A DNA stretch of 64,000 nucleotides from Octopus vulgaris (GCA_951406725.2 OX597822.1:73842001-73906000), one strand, 5' to 3'. Counted from the stretch's first letter, positions 1 through 14,373 are shown. Program-made: numbers and translations. Notes: a model not told the origin generated them from the sequence alone.

Positions 1-35
1 CACACACACACACATATATATATATATACATATAT

Positions 36-198
36 ACGACAGGCTTCTTTCAGTTTCCGTCTACCAAGTCCACTCACAAGGCATTGGTCGGCCCGGGGCT
101 ATAGCAGAAGACACTTGCCCAAGATGCCACGCAGTGGGACTGAACCCGGAACCATGTGGTTGGTTAGCAAACTACTTACCACACAGCCACTCCTGCGT
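36..198 (-). mobile_element. tRNA-derived SINE family 1, head portion
   Basis: Reverse complement of GGCGCAGGAGTGGCTGTGTGGTAAG...GGTTCAGTCCC (A/B box-like); near-identical to copies at 4034, 40133 and 56260. Confidence 0.9.
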
Positions 199-463
199 CC
201 TTAATATATACGTAATATTAATATATACGTCTTAATATATACGTAATAAAATCAGCATATATCATCTTACTGCTTTTTTTCGCCTCTTCATTGATTGTAT
301 GTTTTTGTTATTTTTTAAATTTGTTATATTAATATATTTGTCTGCGTGTGTTTACTTTATGTGTATTTCAGTATTATGTATACCTGCCATGTATTTTTTG
401 TATATTATTAATATATAAGTGCATGTAGATGTATGTATTCATATATGTCTATATGTACATGTA

Positions 464-534
<71 letters not shown>

Positions 535-1015
535 ATGTGTGTGTGTGTGAAGGGAGGGTGTCTGTCTCCAGAACTCAAAAGTTGAGTAACGTTTCCCTGC
601 TTGGATTTGTAAACTACAATAAGAATAACACTAGTCAACAAAAATTTTGTCCCAAGGAAAAGAATACCCGTATCTTATATGTTTTTGTATGCAAAATTCA
701 AAAATGATATCAAATTATCTGTACCACCCACAGTTTCTCTATTCCACAATATTCCTCTCAGTTCCTGTTACGTGGGCTAAATTTCAGTTAAGCTGTTGAA
801 ATGTGAAGCTAACGGTTTAAGAAATACTCCTAATTTAAATTTTTGTGAATAGAATCAACCTTGTGAAATCATAAATCCAGCTATCCTGAGTCAATGAGCC
901 CCCAAAATATATGAAATGAAAATTATGTAAAAATGTTAACACACAGAAAAAGTCAGAAAAATACTAACACGCAGAAGCACAGAAAAATATGTTGCATCGA
1001 TACACCAAAATTCAA

Positions 1016-1192
1016 GGTCCGAAATTTTTGGGGAGGTGGTCAGTCAATTAGTACCCAACTGGCACTTTATTTATCGACCCCGAGAGGATGAAAGGCAAAG
1101 TCAACCTCAGCGGAATTTGAACTCAGAACGCAAAGACAGACGAAATGCCGCCAAGGATTTCGCCCGGCGTGCTAACATTTCTGCCAGTTCAC
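1016..1192 (-). mobile_element. SINE family 2 (core GCCTTTCATCCTTTCGGGGTCGATAAA, Nin/Deu-domain-like)
   Basis: Matches copies at 22081, 41306 and 60685. Confidence 0.8.
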
Positions 1193-2017
1193 CGTCTTAT
1201 CGATATACCAAAATTGAAAGCAATCTGAACAAAATTAAAGGGGCTCGTTTTGCGAATGAAAAAGACAAGATCCCATGATTCACTGTGTCCTTCCTTTTTA
1301 TATTGCAGTAGTATGTGATTTTAGAGATTTGGTTGTTATTTCTAGCAAGTGAAACCAAGCCACCGCATTGAACCTTCCTTGTTAACTATCGTGATTGGAC
1401 TAGGTGAAGGTGGTGGTTTTCTATCAGTTACAGTAGAACGCATAAAAATAGTCAGTAAGAAGCTTCTGTAGTTGGTAACTAATTTTAATGTTACGGGAAG
1501 TAAAAATCTGCCTAGGAAGCTAACGACATTTCTTCCCCGTAGTTCAATTTTTTTTTTCCTTTTGAGCACTCTTCCAGATGTGTGAATTGCTGTGCTTCAC
1601 TGTAATTGAAACTTGATCTTTGGTCATAAAATCAGCAGTTTGTTTGGGGCCTGTATTTTTCAACCTTGAAAAAAAAAACAAAAAAAACAGAAAGAGAATT
1701 TTGTGATGTATTTAAGGCTCAATGATATACATGCTTCCTTCGGTGCTCATGACAGATTATAAACCTAGTAATATTAGCATCTCTGGCCATTTTAATTGTG
1801 TGTTGTTCACAAATAGTTAAGAATGTACAAAGAGTTGCGGCTGTTGTTTAATCCAGCTTCAACTTTGATCCAGTAGAATTATGCGAAAAAGCGTTCCAAC
1901 CAAGTCCATCCTGCCTTCCCTTTTTTTTTTATTAAAGTAAGGAGGTATTTTAACCCTTCGCTTATCCTATGTATTACATGTGATACACAAGACATATTTG
2001 GCGTCTATATATCATAT

Positions 2018-2091
<74 letters not shown>

Positions 2092-2100
2092 TGAGTGTGT

Positions 2101-2350
2101 GGAGGCGCGTGGCTTAGTGGTTAGAGTATCAGCACCATGATCGTAAGATTGTGGTTTCGACTCCTGGACCGGGCGACGCGTTGTGTCCTTGAGCAAAACA
2201 CTTCATTTCACGTTGCTCCAGTCCACTCAGCTGGTAAAAATGAGTAACGCTGCGATGGACTGGCGTCCCGTCCAGCTGGGGGAACACATATACCATTGAA
2301 AATGGGAAACCGGGCCCATGAGCCTGGCTAGGCTTTAAAAGGGCGCATTT
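2101..2350 (+). mobile_element. tRNA-derived SINE family 3 (head A + V-domain-like tail)
   Basis: A box TGGCTTAGTGG, B box GGTTTCGACTCC; tail GCGATGGACTGGCGTCCCGTCCAG shared with the 41870 copy. Confidence 0.85.
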
Positions 2351-2774
2351 AATTTATATATATTTATAGTTATGGTATATTCTGTTAAGAACGTAATAGA
2401 GTACAGTATAAAGCTAGTCCACCTTCAGATTTCACCCTGTGCTCTTCAGTAGTAGTATTATACGTACTTCCAGGTCTGTGTTTGGGCTTCTGTCGTGTGC
2501 GAATAGATAATTGAAAAAAAAAATTGAAGTCAACAAGAAGGAGTACGGTTGGATATTAATTTTCAATCATTACGGTTTCCCGGTACACACACATACATAC
2601 ACAAAGCGGGTTTCCACATGGTTTCTGCAAGAGCAGTGTCCTGGCATTATATATATGTATATATGTGGCCTTTTTATTTCCTAAATAGCAACCTACCCAA
2701 AAAACGCCCCCCTGCCACCACCACTCCACTAAATCTACCTAAATGCATAAATACCAGAACTTATTTTGACAGCC

Positions 2775-2825
2775 AGCTTCCTGAAGATTTCATCTGAATG
2801 AAACAGTTCTAGTCCTGTAGAAGCT
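2775..2825 (+). ncRNA. Type I hammerhead ribozyme in a PLE-type 3' end
   Basis: agcttc-CTGAAGA-tttcatctgaat-GAAA-cag[ttctagtc]ctg-TA-gaagct; 6-bp stem I, weak stem II; followed by AATAAA tail and (TA)n. Confidence 0.65.
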
Positions 2826-2907
2826 CCTTCTATAAAATAAATTACTTTACTCTGCTATGTATTGAGTACCTTATTTACTGTGGTTTACCCCGACTCAACC
2901 CGGGACC

Positions 2908-2999
<92 letters not shown>

Positions 3000-3471
3000 T
3001 AGGATATGTATATATAATATATATCCTACTTGTTTTTAAATATATCCGTTGGCCAGATTAGTTTATAGTTTATTACACAGATAGACTTGAAAATGCATTA
3101 ATATGTCCCTGTTTCTCTCCCTTCTTCCCCTTTTACAATTTATTTGCAAATGTCCGGTCAGCTTCTCCGACATAACCTCTGTTTTTCCTTCTAAAATTTA
3201 TTTTTGGTAATACGTTTTTTGATGCTTTCGTTTCATCTTTTTTTTACACTGACGAGAATGGTAATACATAACTATTTTAATTATTATTATTATAATTAAT
3301 GTTTTTTTCTTACATGTTTGAATTGGCATTTGAAACGGTTGCATGTGGCAATTAAATTCTAATTTGAACTTTTAATATCTCTTTTATATGAGATGTTTTA
3401 TGAGATTTTATATTATACATGCCTATAACGAAATTTTTATTATATATATATATATATATATACATATATAC

Positions 3472-3545
<74 letters not shown>

Positions 3546-3619
3546 TATATATTATAAACCTTATAATATTATAAACCTTCGAACAGGGAGGTCAGCCGCT
3601 TCATCCTGCCAGTCAGACA

Positions 3620-3662
3620 GCTGCAGACATGTTTCAGGGTATTTGCCCTTTATCAATGCAGC
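3620..3662 (-). ncRNA. Minimal type I hammerhead ribozyme, U3-A8 core variant
   Basis: Minus strand: gctgca-TTGATAA-aggg[caaata]ccct-GAAA-catg-TC-tgcagc; palindromic stem III ACATGT. Confidence 0.8.
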
Positions 3663-3762
3663 GTAGTCAGACCCAGCAGGTGTCGCTACTGACTGTCCCT
3701 GTTCGAAGAATCTATTTACCTAGTTTCAGTGGAATACATCCACTTGTTTTCAATAATAGAAA

Positions 3763-3894
3763 TATTAAAATTATTAAGTCTCTCTAAAGGAGATTACGGC
3801 AGCGTTACTGAAAATTAATAGATAACTATTAATTTCCAGTAACGCTGCCGTAATCTCCTTTAGAGAGACTTAATAATTTTAATATTTCTATTAT
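3763..3894. repeat. Palindrome of the PLE-type family C 3' tail
   Basis: ataatagaaatattaaaattattaagtctctctaaaggagattacggcagcgttactg followed by its reverse complement; same tail at 31291 and 14090. Confidence 0.85.
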
Positions 3895-3914
3895 ATATAT
3901 ATTTGTATTTATAT

Positions 3915-4027
<113 letters not shown>

Positions 4028-4033
4028 TATATA

Positions 4034-4447
4034 GGCGCAGGAGTGGCTGTGTGGTAAGTAGCCTGTCTACCAACCACATGGTTCCGGGTTCAGTCCTACT
4101 GCGTGGCATCTTGGGCAAGTGTCTTCTGCTATAGCCTCGGGCAGACCAAAGCCTTGTGAGTGGATTTGGTAGACGGAAACTGAAAGAAGCCCGTCGTATA
4201 TATGTATATATATATATTTGTGCGTGTGTGTGTTTGTGTGTATGTGTTTGTCCCCTAGCATTGTTTGACAACCGATGCTGGTGTGTTTATGTCCCCGTTA
4301 CTTAGCGGTTCGGTAAAAGAGACCGATAGAATAAGTACTGGGCTTACAAAAGAATAAGTCCCGGGGTCGAGTTGCTCGATTAAAGGCGGTGCTCCAGCAT
4401 GGCCGCAGTCAAATGACTGAAACAAGTAAAAGAGTAAAGAGTAAAGA
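4034..4447 (+). mobile_element. SINE family 1, full length
   Basis: tRNA-like head, internal (TA)/(TG) microsatellite, body ending CAGCATGGCCGCAGTCAAATGACTGAAACAAGT(AAAGAGT)n. Confidence 0.92.
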
Positions 4448-4486
<39 letters not shown>

Positions 4487-5047
4487 ATACACACTCCAAT
4501 TTTTTTTTCAACCACCAGATTAATTTGGGACTTATGAAAGGAGAGCTTTGTTATCTACTCAGGACGTATAAAACAATGGCTAACTCAAAGTTTGAAAACA
4601 AATACGGGCTTAGAGAACAGACTAATGAAAATACTTTGGATAAGCACCAGGGTTGAGGATGATTAGTATACTATTTTCAGCAGGTCGGGTGGGGGGGCCA
4701 CATAGAGATCTTCTCGATGGATTTTAGCTTGTGAGTACGTCTTTTACAGATGGAGTTTCGGGTGTATATCTCGCGCTACACTTACATCAAACGTCTTTTT
4801 GTCTTTACTTCATTCGTTATAAGTTTTTAGGGTTTATGAGGGACGGAAATCAGTCCACAGTGCTCGACTGTTTTAATGTTTTTACGTAATTCGTTTTGAT
4901 TCCGTTAGGGTAGACTCTGCTTTTCACTTTACTAGAGTCAATGAAAAAAAGACGAGGATAAAATACTCGAGTCGATTTAATTAATGTTAACAGTCATATT
5001 TTTACAAATGTATGCCTGGTCAACCAATCACAGTGTAGTTAAGAAGC

Positions 5048-5460
5048 TCGCATTGCAACGACGTGGTTTTAGGTTCTGTCCCACTGTGTGGCACATGGAG
5101 CAAGTGTCTTCTACTAAAGTCTAGGGTCGACCAATTCCCTTGTTTGTGAATTTGGTAGACGGAAACTGTATTGAAGACCGTTTTATACATATGTAATATG
5201 ATATATAATATAATTGTGTGTGTGTGTGTGTGTGTGTGCGTGTGTGTGCATACGTGCGTGCTTGTGTAAGTGTTTGTTCTCCCGCCAGTGCTTGACAACA
5301 GGTGTTGGTTTGTTTATGTCTCCGTAAATTAGCGGCTCGGCAAAATTAACCGGTTGAATAAGAAGCAGACTTTTAAAAAATGCCGAGATCGATATATTTT
5401 GACCCTTCAAGGCAATGCCCCAGCATGGCCGCGGTCCAGAAGGAAAAGATGTCGGAAATC
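5048..5460 (+). mobile_element. SINE family 1, diverged
   Basis: Same head/microsatellite/tail order with many substitutions. Confidence 0.75.
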
Positions 5461-5566
5461 CTTATATCTAAAACAAGATGTAAATCGTGTGTGTTTGTAG
5501 GAAAGAGAAAGAAAGTGAGTAAGAAAATTGAGAGAGGCGGTGTGTGTATGAGTGTGCAAGTGAGAT

Positions 5567-5614
<48 letters not shown>

Positions 5615-5836
5615 TATGAGTGTGGGCGTATGTATGAGTGCGTGATATGCGAAAGTTCATTTATTTTTCAAAGAAGCAGGGATTTTTAACATACTCTTTG
5701 TTCCTCTAATATTTTATTATATTTTTGATTAATGCTATTCATCATTTTTTTTTTTATTACAGGAAATTGAAACTTCCGTTCTGCTTTCTCTAACAACTTT
5801 CTTGAGGAAAGAAAATCATTTACGATACACACACAC

Positions 5837-5910
<74 letters not shown>

Positions 5911-5911
<1 letters not shown>

Positions 5912-6288
5912 CTCTTTTACTCTTTTACTTGTTTCAGTCATTTGACTGCAGCCATGCTGGAGCACCACCTATAGGACTTATTCTTTGTAAGCCTAGTACT
6001 TATACTATCGATCTCCTTTGCCGAACCGGTAAGTTACGGCGACATAAACACACCAGCATCGGTTGTCAAGTGATGTTGGGTGGACAAACACAGACACACA
6101 AACACACACACACATATATATATATACGACGGGCTTCTTTCAGTTTCCGTCTACCAAATCCACTCACAAGGCTTCGGTCGGCCCGGGGCTATAGCAGAAG
6201 ACAGTTACCCAAGATGTCAAACAGTGGGACTGAACCCCGAACCATATGATTGGGAAGCAAGTTTCTTACCGCACAGCCGCGCCTGTGC
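5911..6288 (-). mobile_element. SINE family 1
   Basis: Reverse complement of 4034-4447 with an internal deletion. Confidence 0.88.
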
Positions 6289-6303
6289 CTGTGTATATGT
6301 ATA

Positions 6304-6364
<61 letters not shown>

Positions 6365-6897
6365 GTCTCTGTGTGTGTGTTTGTGTGTGTGTGTGCGCGT
6401 ATGTGTGTGTGTGTGTGCGAGACAGCGCGTACTTAGAGTGTGGTACTCATGATCGCTTGATTGTGGTTTCAAATTCCAAATTCCGAACTGGCCAGTGCGT
6501 TGTGTTCTTGAGCAAAACACTTCATTTCACTTTACTCTAGTTGACACACACGCGCGTGCACACGGTTTTTAAAACTTACTTATGCAGATAGAGAAAGTAA
6601 ACAAGAACCTAGGGTAACTTATTGATGACTTTGAATGAGAAGGGGAGATAACTTTTCGATACTTGAAATTACAAGGAGAAAAAGAGAATCTGATTTTTTG
6701 TGTCCCATAGGCTATGGCGTCATGAGTCAATTGGGCGCTGCTGTTTGGTCACTGATGATTAGGCGCGGCTGACTGGACATTCGACCTATTCATGGCGGCT
6801 CTACATTTTGGCCCTTGAGGCAAACGCACGCACACAAACAAGTATGTTGGTAGATAAATGGTAATAAAGAGAAATGATCGACATTCCTTATTTAAAT

Positions 6898-7001
6898 TCA
6901 CTACAATTGTTTCGACACATTTTTATTCCTGCAGTACTTTGATGAGATGGTGTATAGTCATTATCATCCATCCAAAGCGTAAAATGCACCTTCTCAGGTG
7001 A
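6898..7001 (-). ncRNA. Decayed hammerhead with long stem II insertion
   Basis: Minus: tcac-CTGAGAA-ggtgcattt...aaatgtgtc-GAAA-caattg-TA-gtga; G8 mutated; same GAAACAATTGTH half at about 31660. Confidence 0.5.
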
Positions 7002-7307
7002 TTATTTAAATAAGGAGCATTTTATACATTGGAAGGATGATAATGATCACACAGCATATCTCACCAATGTAGTATAGGTGTAAAAACTTGTCGAAAAATT
7101 ATAGTATTTTAAAGAATGTTATTCATTCCATTTTCTGTCATTTAGCTATTTATATAAACTCTAAGGAGACTGGAATTTCTAGTGTATATCCGGTAGCAGG
7201 ATAATTCCCACTGTATGATAACATCAGGTGGCCAATAACTGTGGACGTGCTTTGCATAGCATTCTACAAGATTTTTACCCAAATCTTATTTAACTATCTA
7301 TGATTAT

Positions 7308-7692
<385 letters not shown>

Positions 7693-7775
7693 TTAATATT
7701 AATTATTACATTCGAAGGTTTTTTATTCCCATTCTGGCCACTTGATAAGATCAATATTTAAATTAACGATCTTAT

Positions 7776-7816
<41 letters not shown>

Positions 7817-8236
7817 TGTATGTATACGACGGTCTCCCACACGGTTACCATCAACGAAATTCCTTCACAAGGCAATGATTTGTCCGGAACTACAGCGGGA
7901 GACACTGGCTCATGGTGCGTCACAGTCGGACCGAACTTAAAGCCATATGGCTGCTAAGTCATACCAACGTCCACCGTGTTTGTATTTATATGTCTGTATA
8001 CATATGGCGTTATACGTGACCCCTAACTTCTTCCTAATTAATCAAATACAGTTCTTAATTACTTTTCCTACTTCCTTACGTGTCCCTTTTATTTTTCCCT
8101 CATTATCATTTCCTCACTTCCTTCTCCTCTTTCTCTCTCTCTCTCTCTCACACACACCGTTCCTTAATTCTCTCTTTATAAATATGTGTCTCTGTTAATG
8201 CGTTATGTTCCTGAATGTGTGTCTGTCTTTCTGTGT

Positions 8237-8284
<48 letters not shown>

Positions 8285-8600
8285 ATGTGTGTGTCTGCAT
8301 GCGCGCTTAGAAAGATAAACAGGCAGACAGATGGATATATACATACATACGTAGATAGATAGATAGATAGATAGATGTGTTTGTGTCTATGTGCGTGTGT
8401 GTGAGTGTGCATGTGAGTGTGTGTGTACGTGTGTCCACTATCTTCTTATGACTGCTAACATTGCAATGACACTTCCTTGCCATTTATCTTTCTCTGTACG
8501 TGTATTAGTTTGCCTATCATTCTGTCTGTCTCTTCCCACTCCTCTCTCTCTCTCTCTCTTTCACTTTCTTCATTCTTTGTTCGTGTGTGTGCGCATGCGC

Positions 8601-8644
<44 letters not shown>

Positions 8645-8688
8645 ATATTAATAACTTTAACTATCTATTTATCTATTCATCTACGTAC

Positions 8689-8745
<57 letters not shown>

Positions 8746-8774
8746 CATCCATCTATCCATCCATCCATCTATCC

Positions 8775-8897
<123 letters not shown>

Positions 8898-10010
8898 CAC
8901 ACACACATATATATATATATATATATTTATGCAGATATGTATGTATATATACACAGACACACATTATTTGTGCGTGTATATATACACATATACATATATA
9001 CATACATCCATACATATATGAATGTATAATAACATGCCCATAACGCACACACGTGTGTGTCGCTGATGTGTGCGTGTATATATGTGTATACAGATGCATA
9101 TCTACGTTATTTGCTGTTCTTATTTTCTTTCTCTCTCTATTTCTCATACACACACGCACACACACATACTCGCACACACTCACAAACACGCACACACACA
9201 CACTTACACACACGCGAGCGCACGCGCGTGTATCTTAACGTTATCTATTGCGACGTTTCACTTTTCAGGCGTCGTCACGTATACAACGGTTCCTTTAGTC
9301 ACGCCTGTCCACTTAAGCATACACCAACAGGTCAGGGGCTTCTTCAATTTAATTTCAGCTTTCAGTCCCCTTTTGACCACAGTTACATATAACCGAGACC
9401 ACCCGTCGCCATATTGGGGTACCGGAAATCACGAAACACCTTAATTTATTAATTACCGTGAGAAGACGACAAGGCTTCGATTGTTAGTTACATTAACGCT
9501 TGAATTTTATTTTTTCTAAACTTAGGCAAGGGGCCAGAAATTTAGTGAAAACGAAATATCGATTGCATCGGTTCGAAGTTTATTTCGTTGACCCGAAGAA
9601 TGATGAAAGGTAAATTCTATCTTGGCTGTATCGGAATTTTAAACTCAGAACATTAGGAGATGTAGGAAATATCACAATGTATTTTGTTCGACGCGCTGAC
9701 TATTCAATCAATCTATCCTTCTGAAATTGTACTTCTGGTTTTGGTAACCCTAACCCTAACAACATCAGCAGTTAAATTACAAAAACAGCAACAACAACAA
9801 CAACAGCATAAAACGGTCCGATTGGGTTACTTTTTATGTGGTCGCACGAACGTCTAAAAATAGCAGCAAAATTTCTCTCAAATCTTGACCGGCCAATGCC
9901 TTGCAAATGGTATTGGTAGACAAAAGGTGTCTGGAAGCCTGTCGTGTACATACATACATACATACATACATATATTCATACATACATACATACATACATA
10001 CATACATACA

Positions 10011-10043
<33 letters not shown>

Positions 10044-10819
10044 GCATACGTGCATGCATACATACAGACAGACATGCATACATACATACAAACATACATA
10101 CGTAAATGTTTTTTACCTTTTTCATGTTTCAGTCATTTGACAGCCACCCTGAAGAATATGACTCGAACAAATATGCAACGCGCTTTTTTCAGTTTCCGTC
10201 AACCAAATCGACTCACAAGGTTTTGTTCGATTTGAGGCCTATAACAAAAGACACTTTCTCAAGGTGGCACGCAGTGGAACTGAACCCAGAACCATGTAGT
10301 TGGGAAACAAACTTCTTACCACCCAGCAACGCCTGCATAGATTCACGCATACATGCTTGCATACATATATATATAGACAGAACAAAGAGAATTAACAAAA
10401 AAAACAACGAAAGTCGAAGGAATTTTTAGAGTAAAAATATAACATTTCAGATTTAGTCCTTCGTCAGATACGAAAGGAAAGACCGGGAAGAGAAGGAAGA
10501 TAGAAAATGAAATAAATGAATAAAAAAAAAGGGACAAGAGATCCAGGAAAAATACACGTGGGTTAAGTTCATATGTGAACAAAGTGCAATAAATATAAAC
10601 CGCAAATTTATCACATTCTGAAGTATGTACTGTGATGGATATCATTGACTAAAACGCTTCAAGGTTTTGCCCCAGCATGGCCGCAGTTTAATGACTGAAA
10701 GAAATTGAAGAATTAAAAATGTAAAAAGGTATTTCCTAATAATAATATATTGGGAACTGTAGCCTGAAATGGACTGTGTCTAAATAGTTGAGGGGTTCAC
10801 CATACTGCGGTCATGGGGT

Positions 10820-10875
10820 CTCATCGTTGCTTAACTTTGGTGATCGAACAAGAACCGGTGCTTAAGGTCGAAAGC
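10820..10875 (-). pseudogene. 5S rRNA 5'-half fragment
   Basis: Minus: AAGCACCGGTTCTTGTTCGATCACCAAAGTTAAGCAACG resembles invertebrate 5S nt ~23-62, including the A box. Confidence 0.7.
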
Positions 10876-10889
10876 GTGTCTATGATAAC

Positions 10890-10958
10890 CATCTCGGCGA
10901 GAAATCGAACATCGCTCTCTTGTGTGACAGGCGTGGATACTTACCGCTTGTGGTTGAA
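10890..10958 (-). pseudogene. tRNA-Asp(GTC) pseudogene
   Basis: Minus: AGCGGTAAGTATCCACGCCTGTCACACAAGAGAGCGATGTTCGATTTCTCG; anticodon loop CTGTCAC and T-loop GTTCGATT present; stems broken. Confidence 0.7.
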
Positions 10959-11068
10959 TATTCCACAGATATATGTATCGTATTAATGTAATTCCCAGAT
11001 AGAATGCTGGAAGGCATTCTGTCCGACGCTCAACCGATTATTCTATTTCGCCGGCTTAATAGACAAAT

Positions 11069-11123
<55 letters not shown>

Positions 11124-11308
11124 ATAGACTGATAGAGATTGAGAAAGACAAGCGGAACAAGAACACACAGGCGACTATGAAAGTGGAAGCGGAGAATGGA
11201 ATATGGCGAAGGAGAGAGTTGCGATTAGACAGAGACAGATGTAAATCGCGAATAATAAATTTTACGCATACATACATATATACATACATACATATACATG
11301 TGTATATA

Positions 11309-11378
<70 letters not shown>

Positions 11379-12820
11379 TATATAAATGTATATGTATATA
11401 CATATAATTATATACACACATATATATCTACATATATATATATATGTACATACTTATATATACATACACATATTTATATATATATATATATATACATATA
11501 TACATACATATATATACACACTTATATAATACATGTATACATACACATACATACATACATACATACAAACATATATATATATATATACACATATATACAT
11601 GTATACATACACATACATACATACATACATACAAACATATATATATATACACATATATACATGTGCACATACATACATATATACACATACGTAGACAGAG
11701 AACGGGATAGACAGATATGCATACATAATACATACACAAGCTCTCATATACGCTCAAATTTCCATACACATACATACATAGATACAGACAGACAGACATA
11801 GAAAGAGGGAGAGAGAGAGAGAGGGAGAGAGAGAGAGAGAGAGAGAGAGAAACGATACTTGCGAAAATGTGAAAATATGAATTAAAAGGAGAGGATGAAA
11901 GAGAGAAGCGGGAAGAACTAAAAATATATTTATATGAACACACACTGAAACACATACAAGCGTTTATACGCACACACTCTCTCACACACACACACACACA
12001 CACACAAATGCATATATACATGTATACACGTGCGTATGTGTTCACACACAGACAAAAATAGAGGGAACGAAACAGGCATATAAAACTTTACAAGCTCATA
12101 CACACACACATACACATACATGCATACATACATACATACATACATACATACATACATACATACATACATACATACATACATACATACATACATACATACA
12201 AATAGAGACAGTGAGAGAGAATTTGATATGGAATATTAGAAGAGAAAACAAGGAAAGCGAGGTTGGTACGAGAGAGAGAGAGAGAGGGGGAGAAGGGTGA
12301 AGAACAAAGAAAGAGATGGAGAAGGTAAGCGACAGAGAGAGAGGGAGATGGAAGTGAGGCGAGAGAGAGAGAGTGAGAGACAGAGAGAGACAGACAGACA
12401 GAGAGACAGAGATAGACAGACAGACAGATGAGAAAACCCTTCGGGCAGATAAGAAGCCAATATACGTTAGGTAACATATGAAGAAAATAGAGATAAGTTG
12501 AAAGAAGGAGGCGAGATAGAGGTGTAATCTTGTGGGAGTTAACTATGTCTATAAATCTTAAGATTTTGTCAGTGAGGAGGTGCTTGTGATGATAGGATGA
12601 AGAAATCAGCAGCGACTATTTAACTATTTCGACTTCAGTTGGACAACAGCTGAGAAGAACCGGCTCGAGCTCCCTTAATTAAACTGTTTGAGTTCCTTTG
12701 ATTAAACTTGGTAAGCAATCGGGTTTGTTCCCTTCTTGCAATTTACCGACTGGGATCCACGCCCTTCGCTCAAGCATTTGGAATGTACACACGGATGCCT
12801 ATATAAAACAAATACGCAAA

Positions 12821-12907
<87 letters not shown>

Positions 12908-13006
12908 TAAAAGACATAAAGAGAAAGGCATGAAAATAGAGATATATTACTTTATAAGCGCGCGCGCACACACACACATACACACACACAGTAATACATT
13001 ATTTTG

Positions 13007-13178
13007 AGTGGCGGCTGTGTGGTAAGAAGCTTGCTTCCCAACCACATGGTTCCGGGTTCAGTCCCACTTCGTGGCACCTTGGGCACGTGTCTTCTACTAT
13101 AGCCTCTGGCCGACCAAAACCTTGTGAGTGGATTTGGTAGACGGAAACTGAAAGAAGCCCGTCGTATATATATGTATA

Positions 13179-13228
<50 letters not shown>

Positions 13229-13453
13229 CGTATGTGTGTGTTTGTGTGTCTGTGTTTGTCCCCCATCCCACCATCGCTTCACAACCGATGCTGGTGTGTT
13301 TACGTCCCCGTAACTTAGCGGCTCGGCAAAAGAGACCGATAGAATAAGTACTAGGCTTCTAAAGAATAAGTGCTGGGGTTAATTTGTTCGACTAAAGGCG
13401 GTGCTCCAGCATGGCCACAGTCAAATGACTGAAACGATTAAAAGAATACAAGA
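13007..13453 (+). mobile_element. SINE family 1, full length
   Basis: Homologous to 4034-4447. Confidence 0.9.
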
Positions 13454-13817
13454 ATATCCTTGTTACCCGCCCCTGCTCCACGAATTGGTTGGCCATTAAA
13501 CTTTGTTGAAGCCTCTGCTGTTACCGTTTCGTACTCCTTGAGAATAATCAGACAATGGCTCAATGCTAAGGTACTATATATTAAAAATCCCAGGTAAAAG
13601 GTCTTGTGTAGCGTCTTTGCACAATATCTGCTTATCTAGAATCTTTTACCTTTCATGTTTTATTTTTAAAAAAATGTGTTTTGGCTGTTATTAGACACCG
13701 GCCATGCTGCGGCACTGTCTTCAAAAAATTTTTGTCGAATGGATCAACCTCAGTACTTATTTTTTTGTAAGACCGGTACTTATTCTATCAGTCTGTTTTG
13801 CCGAACCGCTAAAGTTA

Positions 13818-14137
13818 CGCTTCCCCTTGCTGTTCTGGCATCTACATACTAGTTTCAGGGTATTTGCCCCTTATCAATATAGAGTAGCCGAACTCAGGGG
13901 CAAATACTTTGACACTAGTCTGTAGATGCCAGACCAGCAAGGGGAAGCGGCTGACCTCTCCTGTTCGAAGGTTACAGTGGACACAGGTTCGTGTGTCACA
14001 TAGCTAGCTAGAGGCGATGGCCTCTTGGAGCTAATCAACGGCAGCATTCGTCCTATTTATCTGGACTGCCATGTTAGCTTGACGATAACTATTAATATCC
14101 AGTACCGCTGCCGCAGTCTCCTTTAGAGAGACTTAGA
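13818..14137 (+). mobile_element. PLE-type terminus family C (inverted hammerhead pair + structured tail), abutting a SINE tail
   Basis: Inverted repeat 13818-13870 / 13895-13950; downstream part homologous to 31484-31645 and 3570-3620. Confidence 0.8.
13842..13882 (-). ncRNA. Minimal hammerhead, U3-A8 variant (second copy)
   Basis: Minus: ctata-TTGATAA-gggg[caaata]ccct-GAAA-ctag-TA-tgtag. Confidence 0.75.
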
Positions 14138-14373
14138 AATATATATATATATGTATATACATTTGGAGAGAAGATTTTTCTCAAAGAGTTAAGATTGAGA
14201 AAAGAACCTCTTTAGAAAGTCGTAAGACACTAACCTTTGGGAAGAGATTTTGCGAAAAAATCTTCTCTCTAAATATTGTAACTGTATCAAGAAATTTCCA
14301 AAACACACACACTCTCTCTATCTCTCTGTCTCTCTCTTTCTCTCTCTATCTCTCTCTCTTTATATATATATAT

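Noticed and set aside
4034-4105. SINE heads as functional tRNA genes
   Set aside because: No closed cloverleaf or terminator; they continue into multi-copy SINE bodies
9745-9760. (CCCTAA)2 as a telomere remnant
   Set aside because: Too short to be meaningful
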